Shown: piece by piece, positions 1 to 9,280 of the stretch
How the letters are laid out: every line of letters begins with the position of its first letter
How positions within the stretch are numbered: the stretch's first letter is position 1
DNA from: Vulcanimicrobiota bacterium
Lineage (GTDB): Bacteria; Vulcanimicrobiota; Vulcanimicrobiia; Vulcanimicrobiales; Vulcanimicrobiaceae
Direction: 5' to 3'
Length of the DNA stretch: 64,000 nucleotides
NCBI GenBank assembly: GCA_963833095.1
Contig: CAWHWQ010000001.1
Span: 64,001 to 128,000 of the forward strand
The notes under the pieces: generated by a model
What the model saw: only the letters and a program-made list of their open reading frames with translations
What the model was told of the DNA's origin: nothing
The model's database searches: none
Made by a program: the position numbers and the translations under genes

Positions 1-120
1 GCTGAAGCTGTCGAGATCGACGACCAGCGCGATGCTCGATGCGACGATCACCACGACGACGGTAATGCCCAGCAACACGGCGTAGAGCAGTGAGAGCCGC
101 GAGACGATCGAAAGCTTCAT
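1..120 (-). CDS. Sensor histidine kinase, N-terminal fragment (runs off window)
   Basis: ATG at 118-120 reads MKLSIVSRLSLLYAVLLGITVVVVIVASSIALVVD, a TM helix typical of HAMP kinases; lies directly downstream of an OmpR-type regulator. Confidence 0.7.
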   Translation of the reverse strand, partial: MKLSIVSRLSLLYAVLLGITVVVVIVASSIALVVDLDSFS

Positions 121-144
121 TGCCGCCGTCTTCTTCAACTGGGC

Positions 145-843
145 CTAATTATGCTGCGAGAGCCCGTACCCGACACCCCGCACCGTGCGAATGAACGAGC
201 CACGCTCGCCGGGGCGATCGATCTTCGCACGGAGATACGAGATGTAGGTCTCGACGATGTTCGGTCCACCCTCGAAGTCATGTCCCCACACGATCTCGAG
301 CAAGTGGTCTTTGCTGAAGACACGTCGCGGCTCACGCATGAAAACCGAAAGAAGGTCGAACTCGCGCTGCGTGAGCTCGATGCCGTCCTTCCCCCGCATG
401 AGTTCGCGGGTTTGGGGATTGAGCGCGAGATCGCGCCAGCGGAGCACGTTCTCTTCGATCAATTGCGGCCGGCGCAACTTGGCTTGCAAGCGCGCGATCA
501 ACTCTTCGAACACGAACGGCTTGACCAAGTAATCATCCGCACCCGCGGTGAGGCTCTGAACCTTGTCGTCGGTTCCGCCCTTTGCGGTGAGCATCACGAT
601 CGGCGCTTGGGAAATCTCTCGCAGCTTGGGAAGGAGCGAGATACCGTCGATCTTGGGCATCATGATGTCGAGGACGATCACTTCGGGGTCGAAGCGCCGC
701 ACCAACTCTAGTGCGGCAAAACCGTCGGCGGCGGATTGCACGTCGTAACCTTCGCGCGAGAGTCCGAGCTCGAGCATTTCACGAATCATCCGGTCGTCGT
801 CAACCACGACCACCCGAGCATGAAGTAACGCAGTAGTAGCCAT
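145..843 (-). CDS. OmpR/MprA-family response regulator
   Basis: REC domain (VVDDD, LDIMMP, LTAK, KPF) and winged helix (NIVETYISYLRAKID, TVRGVGY). Confidence 0.95.
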   Translation of the reverse strand: MATTALLHARVVVVDDDRMIREMLELGLSREGYDVQSAADGFAALELVRRFDPEVIVLDIMMPKIDGISLLPKLREISQAPIVMLTAKGGTDDKVQSLTAGADDYLVKPFVFEELIARLQAKLRRPQLIEENVLRWRDLALNPQTRELMRGKDGIELTQREFDLLSVFMREPRRVFSKDHLLEIVWGHDFEGGPNIVETYISYLRAKIDRPGERGSFIRTVRGVGYGLSQHN

Positions 844-870
844 TTCTAGGCCTTAGACTGCCTTCTCGCC

Positions 871-887
871 CTGAGAAGGCCCTGAAC
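871..887 (-). promoter_or_regulatory. MprA-box-like direct repeat
   Basis: Minus strand GTTCAG-N5-TCTCAG just upstream of the regulator start. Confidence 0.45.
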
Positions 888-991
888 CGATGCCTTCATC
901 GGACTCTCGCGTCGTCATCTCGTCCCTCGATTACCGTAGGAAACTTCGGGACTCGATTCCTCGATACAGCTTAAATCAGGGCCTCGGTTGC

Positions 992-1447
992 TTAGGCAGC
1001 ACGCAAGGGTGATGGCCAGCGAGAATAGCGTTGGCCGCAGATCAGAGCGGCCTGCCGGATAGCCTCGAGCGGGTGGACCACCAGCGTCACGCCGTCCCGA
1101 CGGAGCGCCGCCGTCATCACGTCGTCCGGTAACCAGTGGGCAAAGAGATGCACTTCGGAGGTCTGGGCCGCGTGGGCAAGTTGGGCCAGCACCTCGGCAA
1201 GCGTGCAGCATCCCCGCTCGAGGAGCGGAGCGACCAAATCGGATTTGACCCGAGCCGCATTCCAGCCGGTGGCCAAGACCACGACCTTGGTGAGCTCGTT
1301 GCTGCTGCTGGATTCGAAGTCAACCAACGCAGCCCGAACGCTCGCGGCCAGGGCGCTGTCGGTCTGCGCGTGGAGGGTCGCGCCGGCGATGCTTGCACTC
1401 GGACCCGCGGTAAGGACCGCCCCCGAACCGATAACGTAGTCGTTCAT
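992..1447 (-). CDS. Hypothetical protein
   Basis: ORF from MNDYVIG with a GGAG RBS; no recognisable motif. Confidence 0.6.
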   Translation of the reverse strand: MNDYVIGSGAVLTAGPSASIAGATLHAQTDSALAASVRAALVDFESSSSNELTKVVVLATGWNAARVKSDLVAPLLERGCCTLAEVLAQLAHAAQTSEVHLFAHWLPDDVMTAALRRDGVTLVVHPLEAIRQAALICGQRYSRWPSPLRAA

Positions 1448-1509
1448 ACTCCGAGCTTCGCAGGGCGGAGTGCCATCTGTATGGCGCTTGCGAACTCGAC
1501 GGGAACTAA

Positions 1510-1536
1510 AGAGGCGCCGCATATAGCGACGCCTCT
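1510..1536 (-). terminator. Hairpin downstream of the HD-GYP gene
   Basis: AGAGGCGTCGC-TATAT-GCGGCGCCTCT followed by TTAGTT; G-U pair favours the minus strand. Confidence 0.5.
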
Positions 1537-1574
1537 AGCCCACCACCCGGTAAGCATTTCCCCCCGCGCGGACA

Positions 1575-2561
1575 CTACGCAGAGGAAAGGTGTGTATGCG
1601 CGTGCGAGACGATCGTTACGCGTCGCGAGAACATCCCGAGCATCGCATCGATGACATCGGGATCCCACTGCGATCCGCGGCCGTCTTGCAGAACCTTGAG
1701 CGCCTGGCGAGGAGCGATCGGCTGACGATACGGCCGCTCGCTGATCATCGCGTGAAACGCATCGGCGACGGCCACGACCCGCGCTTCGAACGGAATGCTC
1801 GAACCGAAGATGCCGTCGGGATAGCCGGCGCCGTCGTACCGTTCGTGGTGCGCACGCACGATAATGGCGCAACGCTGTAACGACGGTATCTGACTAAGAA
1901 TACGCGCTCCGGCCGCCGCGTGATCGCGCATGATATCCCACTCGTCGAGTTCGAGCGGGGCAGGCTTGAGCAGCACGTGATCGGGCGTCGAAATCTTTCC
2001 AATATCGTGAAGCAGCGCGCACAGCGAGATGAATTCGCTGGCTTCGGCGTTGCAATCCATCGCGGTGGCCAAGCGGCGCGCCCATTCGGCCGTGGCCTTG
2101 GAGTGGCAGCACGTTCCGTAGTCGCGCTCGGCCAACATCGCGAGCAGTGCAGTGGTGCCCTCCATGCCGGGGCTGTCGGGGGTCTCCTCGCCATCACTGC
2201 CGAGCGCGCTACGCTCGATTTCGTTGGCGAGGACATCGAGAAAGGCCAAGAGCCGGCGCTGATCGGTTTCGTAGGCCCCCGCGGCAAGCGCGATCGTATG
2301 GGTCGCGGCGCCGGTCAAATCAACGACAGCCGCTCTGCCGAGGCGAGGGGTTTCGCGTTGCGCCCAGGTTGACAAACCGACCGGCTTGGCCAGCGTCAAC
2401 GACAAGCAGAGGCGATCCAGCAGCACCTCTAGCGCAGGCTCGATCTGGGTGCTCCCCATGAGCGAAGGCATCGTCACGTGATCGGTGGCGGAACGCGCCA
2501 ATTCCGGAATGCTCTGGCCCAATGCCGCCCCCAGGGCGGTCAACGTTCGTACGGCAGACAT
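1575..2561 (-). CDS. HD-GYP domain c-di-GMP phosphodiesterase
   Basis: LHDIGK, HHERYDGAGYPDG, VADAFHAM and RPYR motifs; start placed at MSAVRT. Confidence 0.9.
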   Translation of the reverse strand: MSAVRTLTALGAALGQSIPELARSATDHVTMPSLMGSTQIEPALEVLLDRLCLSLTLAKPVGLSTWAQRETPRLGRAAVVDLTGAATHTIALAAGAYETDQRRLLAFLDVLANEIERSALGSDGEETPDSPGMEGTTALLAMLAERDYGTCCHSKATAEWARRLATAMDCNAEASEFISLCALLHDIGKISTPDHVLLKPAPLELDEWDIMRDHAAAGARILSQIPSLQRCAIIVRAHHERYDGAGYPDGIFGSSIPFEARVVAVADAFHAMISERPYRQPIAPRQALKVLQDGRGSQWDPDVIDAMLGMFSRRVTIVSHAHTHLSSA

Positions 2562-2564
2562 GGC

Positions 2565-2593
2565 AAAAAAGTCCGAGCCAGTTTCGGCTGGGC
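2565..2593 (-). terminator. Intrinsic terminator after the small peptide ORF
   Basis: GCCCAGCC-GAAACT-GGCTCGGAC imperfect stem followed by TTTTTT. Confidence 0.6.
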
Positions 2594-2658
2594 TAATTCC
2601 CCATCGGGGGGGCGTCCGCCGCAACGATGAGGGTCGCAAGGATGAGAAGGGTCAGCAT
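2593..2658 (-). CDS. Unannotated 21-aa peptide MLTLLILATLIVAADAPPMGN (putative signalling pre-peptide)
   Basis: Translated by hand; GGAGG at 2672-2676; hydrophobic core ending in VAA followed by a polar tail; terminator immediately downstream. Confidence 0.6.
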   Translation of the reverse strand: MLTLLILATLIVAADAPPMGN

Positions 2659-2724
2659 GGGTGAGAACAAGCCTCCAAGCAGGTGCAGCGCTGCTATCAC
2701 GATAGCCGCTGGCCCAGGCCAAAA

Positions 2725-2748
2725 GCCCTACTGAAATTTAAGTAGGGC
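2725..2748. promoter_or_regulatory. Inverted repeat, LuxR/NarL-type operator candidate (or terminator)
   Basis: GCCCTACTGAAATTTAAGTAGGGC; minus-strand core TACTTAA-AT-TTCAGTA (7-2-7); -10-like TATCGT at 2699-2704 on the minus strand. Confidence 0.55.
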
Positions 2749-2753
2749 CGTTC

Positions 2754-5399
2754 CTACCCCTCGTTCAGGAGCCCAATTCGTCGGGCTGCGGCGATCGCTT
2801 CCGCCCTCCCATGGCACCCGAATTTATCGATGACGTTCTGGATGTGGGTCTGGACCGTATAAACCGACCGGCCCATCTCAGCGGCGATCTGCTTCGGCGT
2901 CAGTCCAGCTGCCAAGTCGCGCACAACGCGTAATTCCTGCGGAGTAAGCACGATGGCCGTCCCCGGTTCCTGTTCGCGCTGCAAGTGCGCGGCGACGTTT
3001 TCCACATAACGCGCGTATCCGCCGAAGCCGAATTGACGAATCGCCTCGATCGTTTCGTCGATTCCGTCGGGCGCATAGGACGGGCTCTTGGCAGCCCGCG
3101 CCAGCTCCTCGACGGCTTTGCGCATGCACGGCCCCGCCTCGTGTTGGCCGTGGTTTCTTCGCTTGAGCAAACGCGCAGCAGAGGTATGGCGTCCTGCGAC
3201 GATTTCGGCAAGCACGAGAATGGCCAAGGCAAAATCCAAAATCACGGCACCGGAGTACTGCTCCGGCGCAGCGATGTCGTCCACGAGACTCAAGGTCGTG
3301 GTGACCAAGGCGCCGCTTTCCTTGAAACGGCCGTCGAGCGCCAGAGCCAGCGCGCAGCTCGCCCGTACGATCGCACGGTCGGGGATGTGAGCTTGGCGAT
3401 CGATCACGCTTCCGAAGAGCCGGTGCGCATCCGCATAGTTGCCCACCCACGCATGCCGGTGCGCCTGACTGGATGCAAGGTATGTGCTCAGAGCCAGCGC
3501 GTCGCGAGGCGTAAGCTCCGCGAGCTGCTTCTCAATCTGGACAGCACGATCGGCATTTCCGCGGCGCGTTTCGAGACTGAGCATGAGCACCAGGGCGTTT
3601 TGAAGGTCCACGTAATCGCCGGCTCGCGTCGCGGCGGTCGCCGCCTGCTGCGCAAACCAGAGGCTCTGCGCCGAATCGCTTTCGCCAAACAGTGTCAGGA
3701 GTGACAGATTCCGGAATGAACGCGACGCGATGCTCCACAACGCGATCCTCGATCCGAGTTCGGCTGCCTCGGACAGCCGTTGACGCCCTCTTTCGATCTC
3801 GCCGACGTTGACGTGCGCTACGCCAATACGAAAGGCGATGCGCGCGAGCCATTCATCATTCTCAACGAGCGCGCTTTGAGCTTCGGCGGAATCGATGAGT
3901 CTGCGCGCCTCGGCCATATCCCCGGATCTGGCACGCCATTGCGCTAAGAGCGCTTCACCCTCCGCCCGGATCGGTCTGGGCAACGCCGGCTCTGAGAGCA
4001 AGTCCGACAAGAGATCCATGGCGTTCGCTTCAATGTTCGTGCGGTGTACTGCGAGACGAAGCATCAACTGCCCGCGCAATTCGGTCGATTCGATTGAGCG
4101 CGTGGAACGCGCAATCTTGCGCTCGCCTTCGTCGTATCTGCCGCGCGCGAGATCCAGAAGCCCGCGCAGCCCGGTGACGACGGCGTTTTTCTCGAACGCA
4201 TTCCCCAGCGACGCCGCGGTCAGCGACTCGAGCTCGTCGGCAAATCCGCTATCTAGTAATCGAATGCCGTGGGCGGCGAGCAGCCTCAGGGCGTCGTTCG
4301 GCGAATGCGAATCGACGTACAAGCGCAGCGCTTGCGTGACGTTGCCCCGCTGTTCAAGAATTTGGCCGAGCGTCGAGAGCCGGTCGCGCTGCACGCCACT
4401 GCCGCGCAATTCAATTTGGTGGCGTACGAAATCGCGGAAGAGGTCGTGCAGCCGATAGCGTCCCGGTTCGTACTCGTGAATGAACGCGACACGGGCGCGT
4501 AGATCCTCAATCAATGCCGCCGCGCGATCGAATCCGGCAGCGACCATCACGTCGAGATCGATCTCCGGAAGCAAAGCAGCGGTCTCGATAAAGTTCTGTT
4601 CCTCGCCGCTGAGCGTTTGGTACACTTGCTCGGCGAGATAGCGATAGATCATCTCGCGCGTCATCGACGAGATGTTGCGCAGATCGACTGAGCGTGTCGA
4701 CGAGCGCAGCGCGAAGGTCATCGCCGTCGCCCATCCATCGGTGAGCTGCAGGAGCTCGACTAATTCCTCATCGCGCACGCCCAAGCGGAAGGTGCGCGCG
4801 GCCTCTTTAGCTTCTTCGACCGAGAACTTCAGATCGTGTTCGTCGATCGCGAGGTCGCTTTCGCCGTAGGCGAGCCACGTGCCGATCGGTAAGCCGCTGG
4901 TTGCACGCGAGGCGATGATCCACTGCACCCGACCCTTGGTGCGTTCGATTAGCGACGTGACAAATCGCGCGACTTCGCGATCGCCCTGCGCGACGTGCAA
5001 ATCGTCGATCGCGATCACGCCGCGATACGAGCGCAAATGCGAATGCATCCACAGCGCCAGATCCGCGCCCGGCGACTGCGCTCCGGCATTCTTTTCGTAC
5101 GCGCCGGCCAGCGTTCCGCGCGCGTCGGGGGCGATCTCTACGACCGCGTCGGCGAACCCGCGAAGAAATCCGAGTAGCCCGGCGTTTTCAGACAATACGT
5201 CGTAACGAACGTGGGGCTCAGCGAGCGTATCGAGATAATGACGCAGGGCTACGGATTTTCCGTACCCCGCGGGAGCCACGATCAACACGACGCGCTGCAT
5301 CGCAGCAGAGGCGATCCGCTCGATGATGCGCCGCCGGATGATCGGAACGAAAACCCCGCCGGTCTCGATTTTTCCGTCGGGGCGAACGGGTCGAATCAT
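2754..5399 (-). CDS. MalT-like STAND ATPase-TPR-LuxR transcriptional regulator
   Basis: Walker A APAGYGKS, Walker B IAIDDLH, TDGWATA, YRLHDLFRDF, helical repeats, C-terminal LuxR HTH (LTPQE...TVQTHIQN). Confidence 0.9.
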   Translation of the reverse strand: MIRPVRPDGKIETGGVFVPIIRRRIIERIASAAMQRVVLIVAPAGYGKSVALRHYLDTLAEPHVRYDVLSENAGLLGFLRGFADAVVEIAPDARGTLAGAYEKNAGAQSPGADLALWMHSHLRSYRGVIAIDDLHVAQGDREVARFVTSLIERTKGRVQWIIASRATSGLPIGTWLAYGESDLAIDEHDLKFSVEEAKEAARTFRLGVRDEELVELLQLTDGWATAMTFALRSSTRSVDLRNISSMTREMIYRYLAEQVYQTLSGEEQNFIETAALLPEIDLDVMVAAGFDRAAALIEDLRARVAFIHEYEPGRYRLHDLFRDFVRHQIELRGSGVQRDRLSTLGQILEQRGNVTQALRLYVDSHSPNDALRLLAAHGIRLLDSGFADELESLTAASLGNAFEKNAVVTGLRGLLDLARGRYDEGERKIARSTRSIESTELRGQLMLRLAVHRTNIEANAMDLLSDLLSEPALPRPIRAEGEALLAQWRARSGDMAEARRLIDSAEAQSALVENDEWLARIAFRIGVAHVNVGEIERGRQRLSEAAELGSRIALWSIASRSFRNLSLLTLFGESDSAQSLWFAQQAATAATRAGDYVDLQNALVLMLSLETRRGNADRAVQIEKQLAELTPRDALALSTYLASSQAHRHAWVGNYADAHRLFGSVIDRQAHIPDRAIVRASCALALALDGRFKESGALVTTTLSLVDDIAAPEQYSGAVILDFALAILVLAEIVAGRHTSAARLLKRRNHGQHEAGPCMRKAVEELARAAKSPSYAPDGIDETIEAIRQFGFGGYARYVENVAAHLQREQEPGTAIVLTPQELRVVRDLAAGLTPKQIAAEMGRSVYTVQTHIQNVIDKFGCHGRAEAIAAARRIGLLNEG

Positions 5400-5415
5400 G
5401 TGCTCCTAGGCGCCT

Positions 5416-5739
5416 TCAGCCAGGGGAAGCTCGGTACTCTTCCTGTCCCTCATAATACCCCAACAGCAGCTCTTCGACATAGAGCAGATGCAGATCGCGG
5501 TCAAGCTTCGAATAAGCCGCTGCGTTTTCGGCACGAAACCCGTCCCAATCAGCCTTGGAATTCCAAACATCCATGCAGAGATAGACTCCCGTCTCCGCCC
5601 GATGCCGAAACAGCCGCGTCCGCCGGTAACCGGGATGGCTTGAAAAAAGGGCGACCCAGGGGCCTGCGGGGCCATAGGCATGCTCGAACGCGCGAACCTG
5701 CGCGGGATGAACCCGGTAGCGGTAGAGCACTTCGATCAT
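5416..5739 (-). CDS. ABM (antibiotic biosynthesis monooxygenase)-like dimeric alpha-beta barrel protein
   Basis: FEHAYGPAGPW, HPGYRRTRL and YLCMDVWNS pattern. Confidence 0.65.
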   Translation of the reverse strand: MIEVLYRYRVHPAQVRAFEHAYGPAGPWVALFSSHPGYRRTRLFRHRAETGVYLCMDVWNSKADWDGFRAENAAAYSKLDRDLHLLYVEELLLGYYEGQEEYRASPG

Positions 5740-6335
5740 CGTCGAAGGTCGAACTTTGCGGGCAACGGCACGTCCCCTTTGCCGATGGTCCGGCTGACAT
5801 CATACGCAATGAGATCACCCAGCGCGTCGAGCCGTGCCGCCAGCCACGTGTGTTGAGCCGGACACGTGATTTCCCCGAGCTCGAGCACCAGGGCTCCATC
5901 CTGCGCATCGACCTGCCGGAAGGCATAATAGTCGTGCAATCCCACCGTGAAATTGTCCGGCATGAAACGAAACGGAAAGAGCGGTGCGTAAAGCGCGCGC
6001 CAGAGCTCCGCGGCGTTGCGATCGGCGAGGCGATGATAGCCGATCGATGCGCCGCTGGTGCACGCCGGAACGGCGCCGTCAAAATGAATGAAGATGGCCA
6101 TTCCGACTGCATAGCGACCGTCGAAATCGGCCGGCTCACGAATCACGTGAAGTCCGTGCGCGCGCAGGACGCGCGTTGCTTCGTCGGCGACCACCGGGGT
6201 CCAATCACGCTCGCCGGACGCGCCTAGGTTGCATGCACGCGTTGGAAAACTCGCGCAAGACGCCGGACGCCCTTCATGGCCTGCCGAGATCAAGACATCG
6301 GCATGGACGAGCGCCGCGAAAACCAGCTCCAGCAT
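5736..6335 (-). CDS. N-acetylmuramoyl-L-alanine amidase-like protein (Amidase_3)
   Basis: Zn-ligand pattern ISAGHEG...E...IFIHFDG...LVLELGEI. Confidence 0.7.
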   Translation of the reverse strand: MLELVFAALVHADVLISAGHEGRPASCASFPTRACNLGASGERDWTPVVADEATRVLRAHGLHVIREPADFDGRYAVGMAIFIHFDGAVPACTSGASIGYHRLADRNAAELWRALYAPLFPFRFMPDNFTVGLHDYYAFRQVDAQDGALVLELGEITCPAQHTWLAARLDALGDLIAYDVSRTIGKGDVPLPAKFDLRR

Positions 6336-9175
6336 TATGAGCCCGCGACCAGCGCGGAGAGCGTCGCCGAGGGTTCGACCTGCAGTTCGCTCCTGAGCAC
6401 TTCGCGATATTGCCGATAGGTGCGCAGCGCTGCCGCGCGATCACCGACCGCGAGATGCGCACGAATTGCGACTTCGCGTGCCGGCTCGTCACACGGATCG
6501 CAAGCGATCACATCGCCGGCAAAGGCAAGGGCGGCATCAGGATCGCCGCGCTCAAGTGCGTCCGCCGCCAATCGGTGCGCAATCCCCGTGCGCAGGTCAT
6601 CCATGCGCTGCGCTACCGGAGCGAACCACTCCCAGCGTTCGAGCGCACCTGCGCGTTCTTCACGCAAACGTTCCCAGGCGCGTCCAAGAGCTGCGCGGTC
6701 GCCTTCGCGTAGCCGGTCGCGCGAACGTAGCGCCAAGGCGGCGCGATCGATCTCCCATACGTCGACGAACGCGTCGGCATGCAGCCGATATCCGTCGGCT
6801 TCGCGTTCCACTGCGTCCTCGCGCCCAAGATGCCCGCGTAAACGGTGCAGACAAACGCTCAGCGCATTGCGCGCGGCAAAATCGTCGAGATCCGGCCAAA
6901 GCATTGCCGCCAGGCGCCCACGCAGTGTCGGCTCGCGGCGCTGCGCGATCGCTGCGAGCAGTTCGAGTTCGCGCCCCGACACACGCGCTAGCGTGCCGTC
7001 CACACGCACGCGCCCACCGAGAATCTCAAGTGCGAGCGGCGCCGCTTCGCTGCGGTCGCGCGTGATCTGCGCGACGAAATTCGAGAGCATTCCAACGTTC
7101 TCGTGCTGGTTGGCAAACGCGCCCACCGCGTGAACGAACGCTGGTGCGTCACAGTGCGCAGCGGCCTCTTTCGCGCGCGCGGATGCCGCATCGAACGCGG
7201 TGGGATCGCACAGCGCCAGGGCTATACCCGCCAACGCTTCAACAAACGGCATATGCACCTGGCCGGCCAACTCGAGCGCCGAGTTCGCAAGCGCGGTGCG
7301 TTCCTCGTCGTCGCGCGAGCGCGAGAGAGCGATCAGCCGGCCAAACACGACGAATTTCGGGATGTCGGCGGCGCAGGGTTGTACGCTGTGCCCGCGCGCC
7401 GCTGCGGCGAGATAGGCAAAGCCGGCAACGCCGCCGCGCGTCACGAGGCCTTCGAGCTCCGCGGCGATCGCGTTAAACGCCGGCCGGTCACCCGAAAACC
7501 ACGCGGCGATGAGCGATTCGGCAGTATCGAACGCCATGAAATTGGGCAACCCTGACTGTATTGCGCGCTCGTGCGCGCGGGCCAAGAACTGACGCTCGAG
7601 CGACCATTCCCCACGCACGCGCGCGATGTCGGCACCTAACGCCAGATACGTCCCCGACGCGACGACGTGCATTTGATCGATCAGCGGAAGCGCAGCATTG
7701 AGGTCCCTCTCACCGAGATCGAAATGACCGCTACGCGCGCGCAAGATTCCGCGTAGATACAAGACATGGCCATCAAGCATGGTCGCGGGCGGATCGGAAA
7801 ATCCGATCTGCCCTTCAAAATCCGCAATTGCGACGAGCGCTTCGTCGAGCTTGCCCACGTAGCTCATCAGCAAGATGCGAAAAACGAAGACGTAGTAACG
7901 CTCCATCGGCGTTGCGTTACGGGCGAGAGTCCTCCACACCGTTTCGGCCTCGTCGAGCAGCGCTGAGCTATCGACGCAGAAGATGCGCATCAACGCGGTG
8001 ACGCCCCACAAACGTGGATACCGCGCAACGATCGCCCGGTCTAGACCTGAGAGAACCTGCGCGTAGCGCATCGACGGAGCCGGCTCGCGCACCACTTCAA
8101 GCGAGCCAAGCGCACGCGCCGCAGCGTGTTGATCGCCGCGGGCGATATGCAGCTCTGCCGCGCGTTGAAAATTACCGCGACCTTCTTGCGTTTGCGCCAG
8201 CCGCAAAAGCAACGCATCACGCCGGTCCTGCGCATGCTCGAGCAAAAGTGCGCAAAGTAGCGGGTGCAGTGAAAATGAACCGTTCTCCCCGCGCTCGATG
8301 AAGGCGGCGTCCCGGGCAAATTCGCTCACATCGTCAACGATCGATGGATCGTCGAGGGCGGCGCGCAAGTCGTCCGCAGTCGCCTGCGGAATTGCAGCGC
8401 AAGCGAAGAGCGCGTCGAGCATGCGGCGATTCAACCCGGCGAGCACCTCGTCGGCGAGATAGTCGTGCAATTCGTCAAAAGCAACGTCGTCGAGTCGCTC
8501 CAGCAGTTGGTCGATCCGCCCTTCGCTTGCGAATCGCCTCAAAAGGAATACGGCGACCGGCCATCCTTGCGAGACCCTAAAGATGCGCTCGATCGAGCTG
8601 TCCTCGATCGTAAGCGGCGCAAAAATTTCGCGAATGTCGGCTGGGTTGAATGCAAGGTCGCCGGCACGTAACGTGACGATTTCGTGGGGCACCGCGTATT
8701 TCGTCAGGTGCCCGCGCAGTGGCTCGCGCGAGCAAATGACCACGGTTCGTCCGGCAGGCCGAGCCACGAGGAGCCGTGCGAAAAGTTCGCGGGCGCCCGG
8801 AGCGTCCGCCAGACGCTCGACGCCTTCGAAGACGATGCAGCCTTGGGCGGGTTCGCGCCAAACGTCGAGCGCCAGCGACACGCGCTCTGCGACGCTGGTG
8901 CCGCCATCGCCAAGCATCAACTCGCGTTGCGTCAGGTCGCGTTCGCGACCCGGATTTTCGCCGGCGAGAGCCGGGATGAGGCAGCGCGCCAAATCGAGCT
9001 CGTCTCGGACGTTCGCGCAATCGCAAACCGCGCCGCTCCCGCGCTCGGCGAGAAATTGCTGCACCAGCGTCGATTTGCCAAAGCCCGCCGGGGCGACGAT
9101 CGCAACCAGCCGGGCATCCACCTTGCGCAGCCGTTCAAGAAGCCGGTCGCGCCGGAGCGAGCCGCCCACCACCAT
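6335..9175 (-). CDS. MalT-like ATPase-TPR regulator with C-terminal SARP-type wHTH and BTAD
   Basis: APAGFGKS, SQGWPVA, LWPDLDDFAARNALSVCLHRLR, and BTAD motifs DPCDE...ELQVEPS. Confidence 0.88.
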   Translation of the reverse strand: MVVGGSLRRDRLLERLRKVDARLVAIVAPAGFGKSTLVQQFLAERGSGAVCDCANVRDELDLARCLIPALAGENPGRERDLTQRELMLGDGGTSVAERVSLALDVWREPAQGCIVFEGVERLADAPGARELFARLLVARPAGRTVVICSREPLRGHLTKYAVPHEIVTLRAGDLAFNPADIREIFAPLTIEDSSIERIFRVSQGWPVAVFLLRRFASEGRIDQLLERLDDVAFDELHDYLADEVLAGLNRRMLDALFACAAIPQATADDLRAALDDPSIVDDVSEFARDAAFIERGENGSFSLHPLLCALLLEHAQDRRDALLLRLAQTQEGRGNFQRAAELHIARGDQHAAARALGSLEVVREPAPSMRYAQVLSGLDRAIVARYPRLWGVTALMRIFCVDSSALLDEAETVWRTLARNATPMERYYVFVFRILLMSYVGKLDEALVAIADFEGQIGFSDPPATMLDGHVLYLRGILRARSGHFDLGERDLNAALPLIDQMHVVASGTYLALGADIARVRGEWSLERQFLARAHERAIQSGLPNFMAFDTAESLIAAWFSGDRPAFNAIAAELEGLVTRGGVAGFAYLAAAARGHSVQPCAADIPKFVVFGRLIALSRSRDDEERTALANSALELAGQVHMPFVEALAGIALALCDPTAFDAASARAKEAAAHCDAPAFVHAVGAFANQHENVGMLSNFVAQITRDRSEAAPLALEILGGRVRVDGTLARVSGRELELLAAIAQRREPTLRGRLAAMLWPDLDDFAARNALSVCLHRLRGHLGREDAVEREADGYRLHADAFVDVWEIDRAALALRSRDRLREGDRAALGRAWERLREERAGALERWEWFAPVAQRMDDLRTGIAHRLAADALERGDPDAALAFAGDVIACDPCDEPAREVAIRAHLAVGDRAAALRTYRQYREVLRSELQVEPSATLSALVAGS

Positions 9176-9180
9176 CTTCC

Positions 9181-9219
9181 TGTAATCGGTTTGTAATCAC
9201 CGTGTAATTAGTCCGTAAG
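9181..9219. promoter_or_regulatory. 11-bp-period direct repeats (SARP-type operator candidate)
   Basis: TGTAAT at 9181, 9192 and 9203, and CGTAAG at 9214. Confidence 0.6.
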
Positions 9220-9280
9220 TCCCGGGAAAGCACGCACGGCTACGATGGCGGGGCCAGCCGAGCCAACGGAAAGGCAACCA

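Noticed and set aside
853..918. 21-codon upstream ORF MTTRESDEGIGSGPSQGEKAV before the response regulator
   Set aside because: It overlaps the likely promoter/operator, has no distinctive composition and could arise by chance
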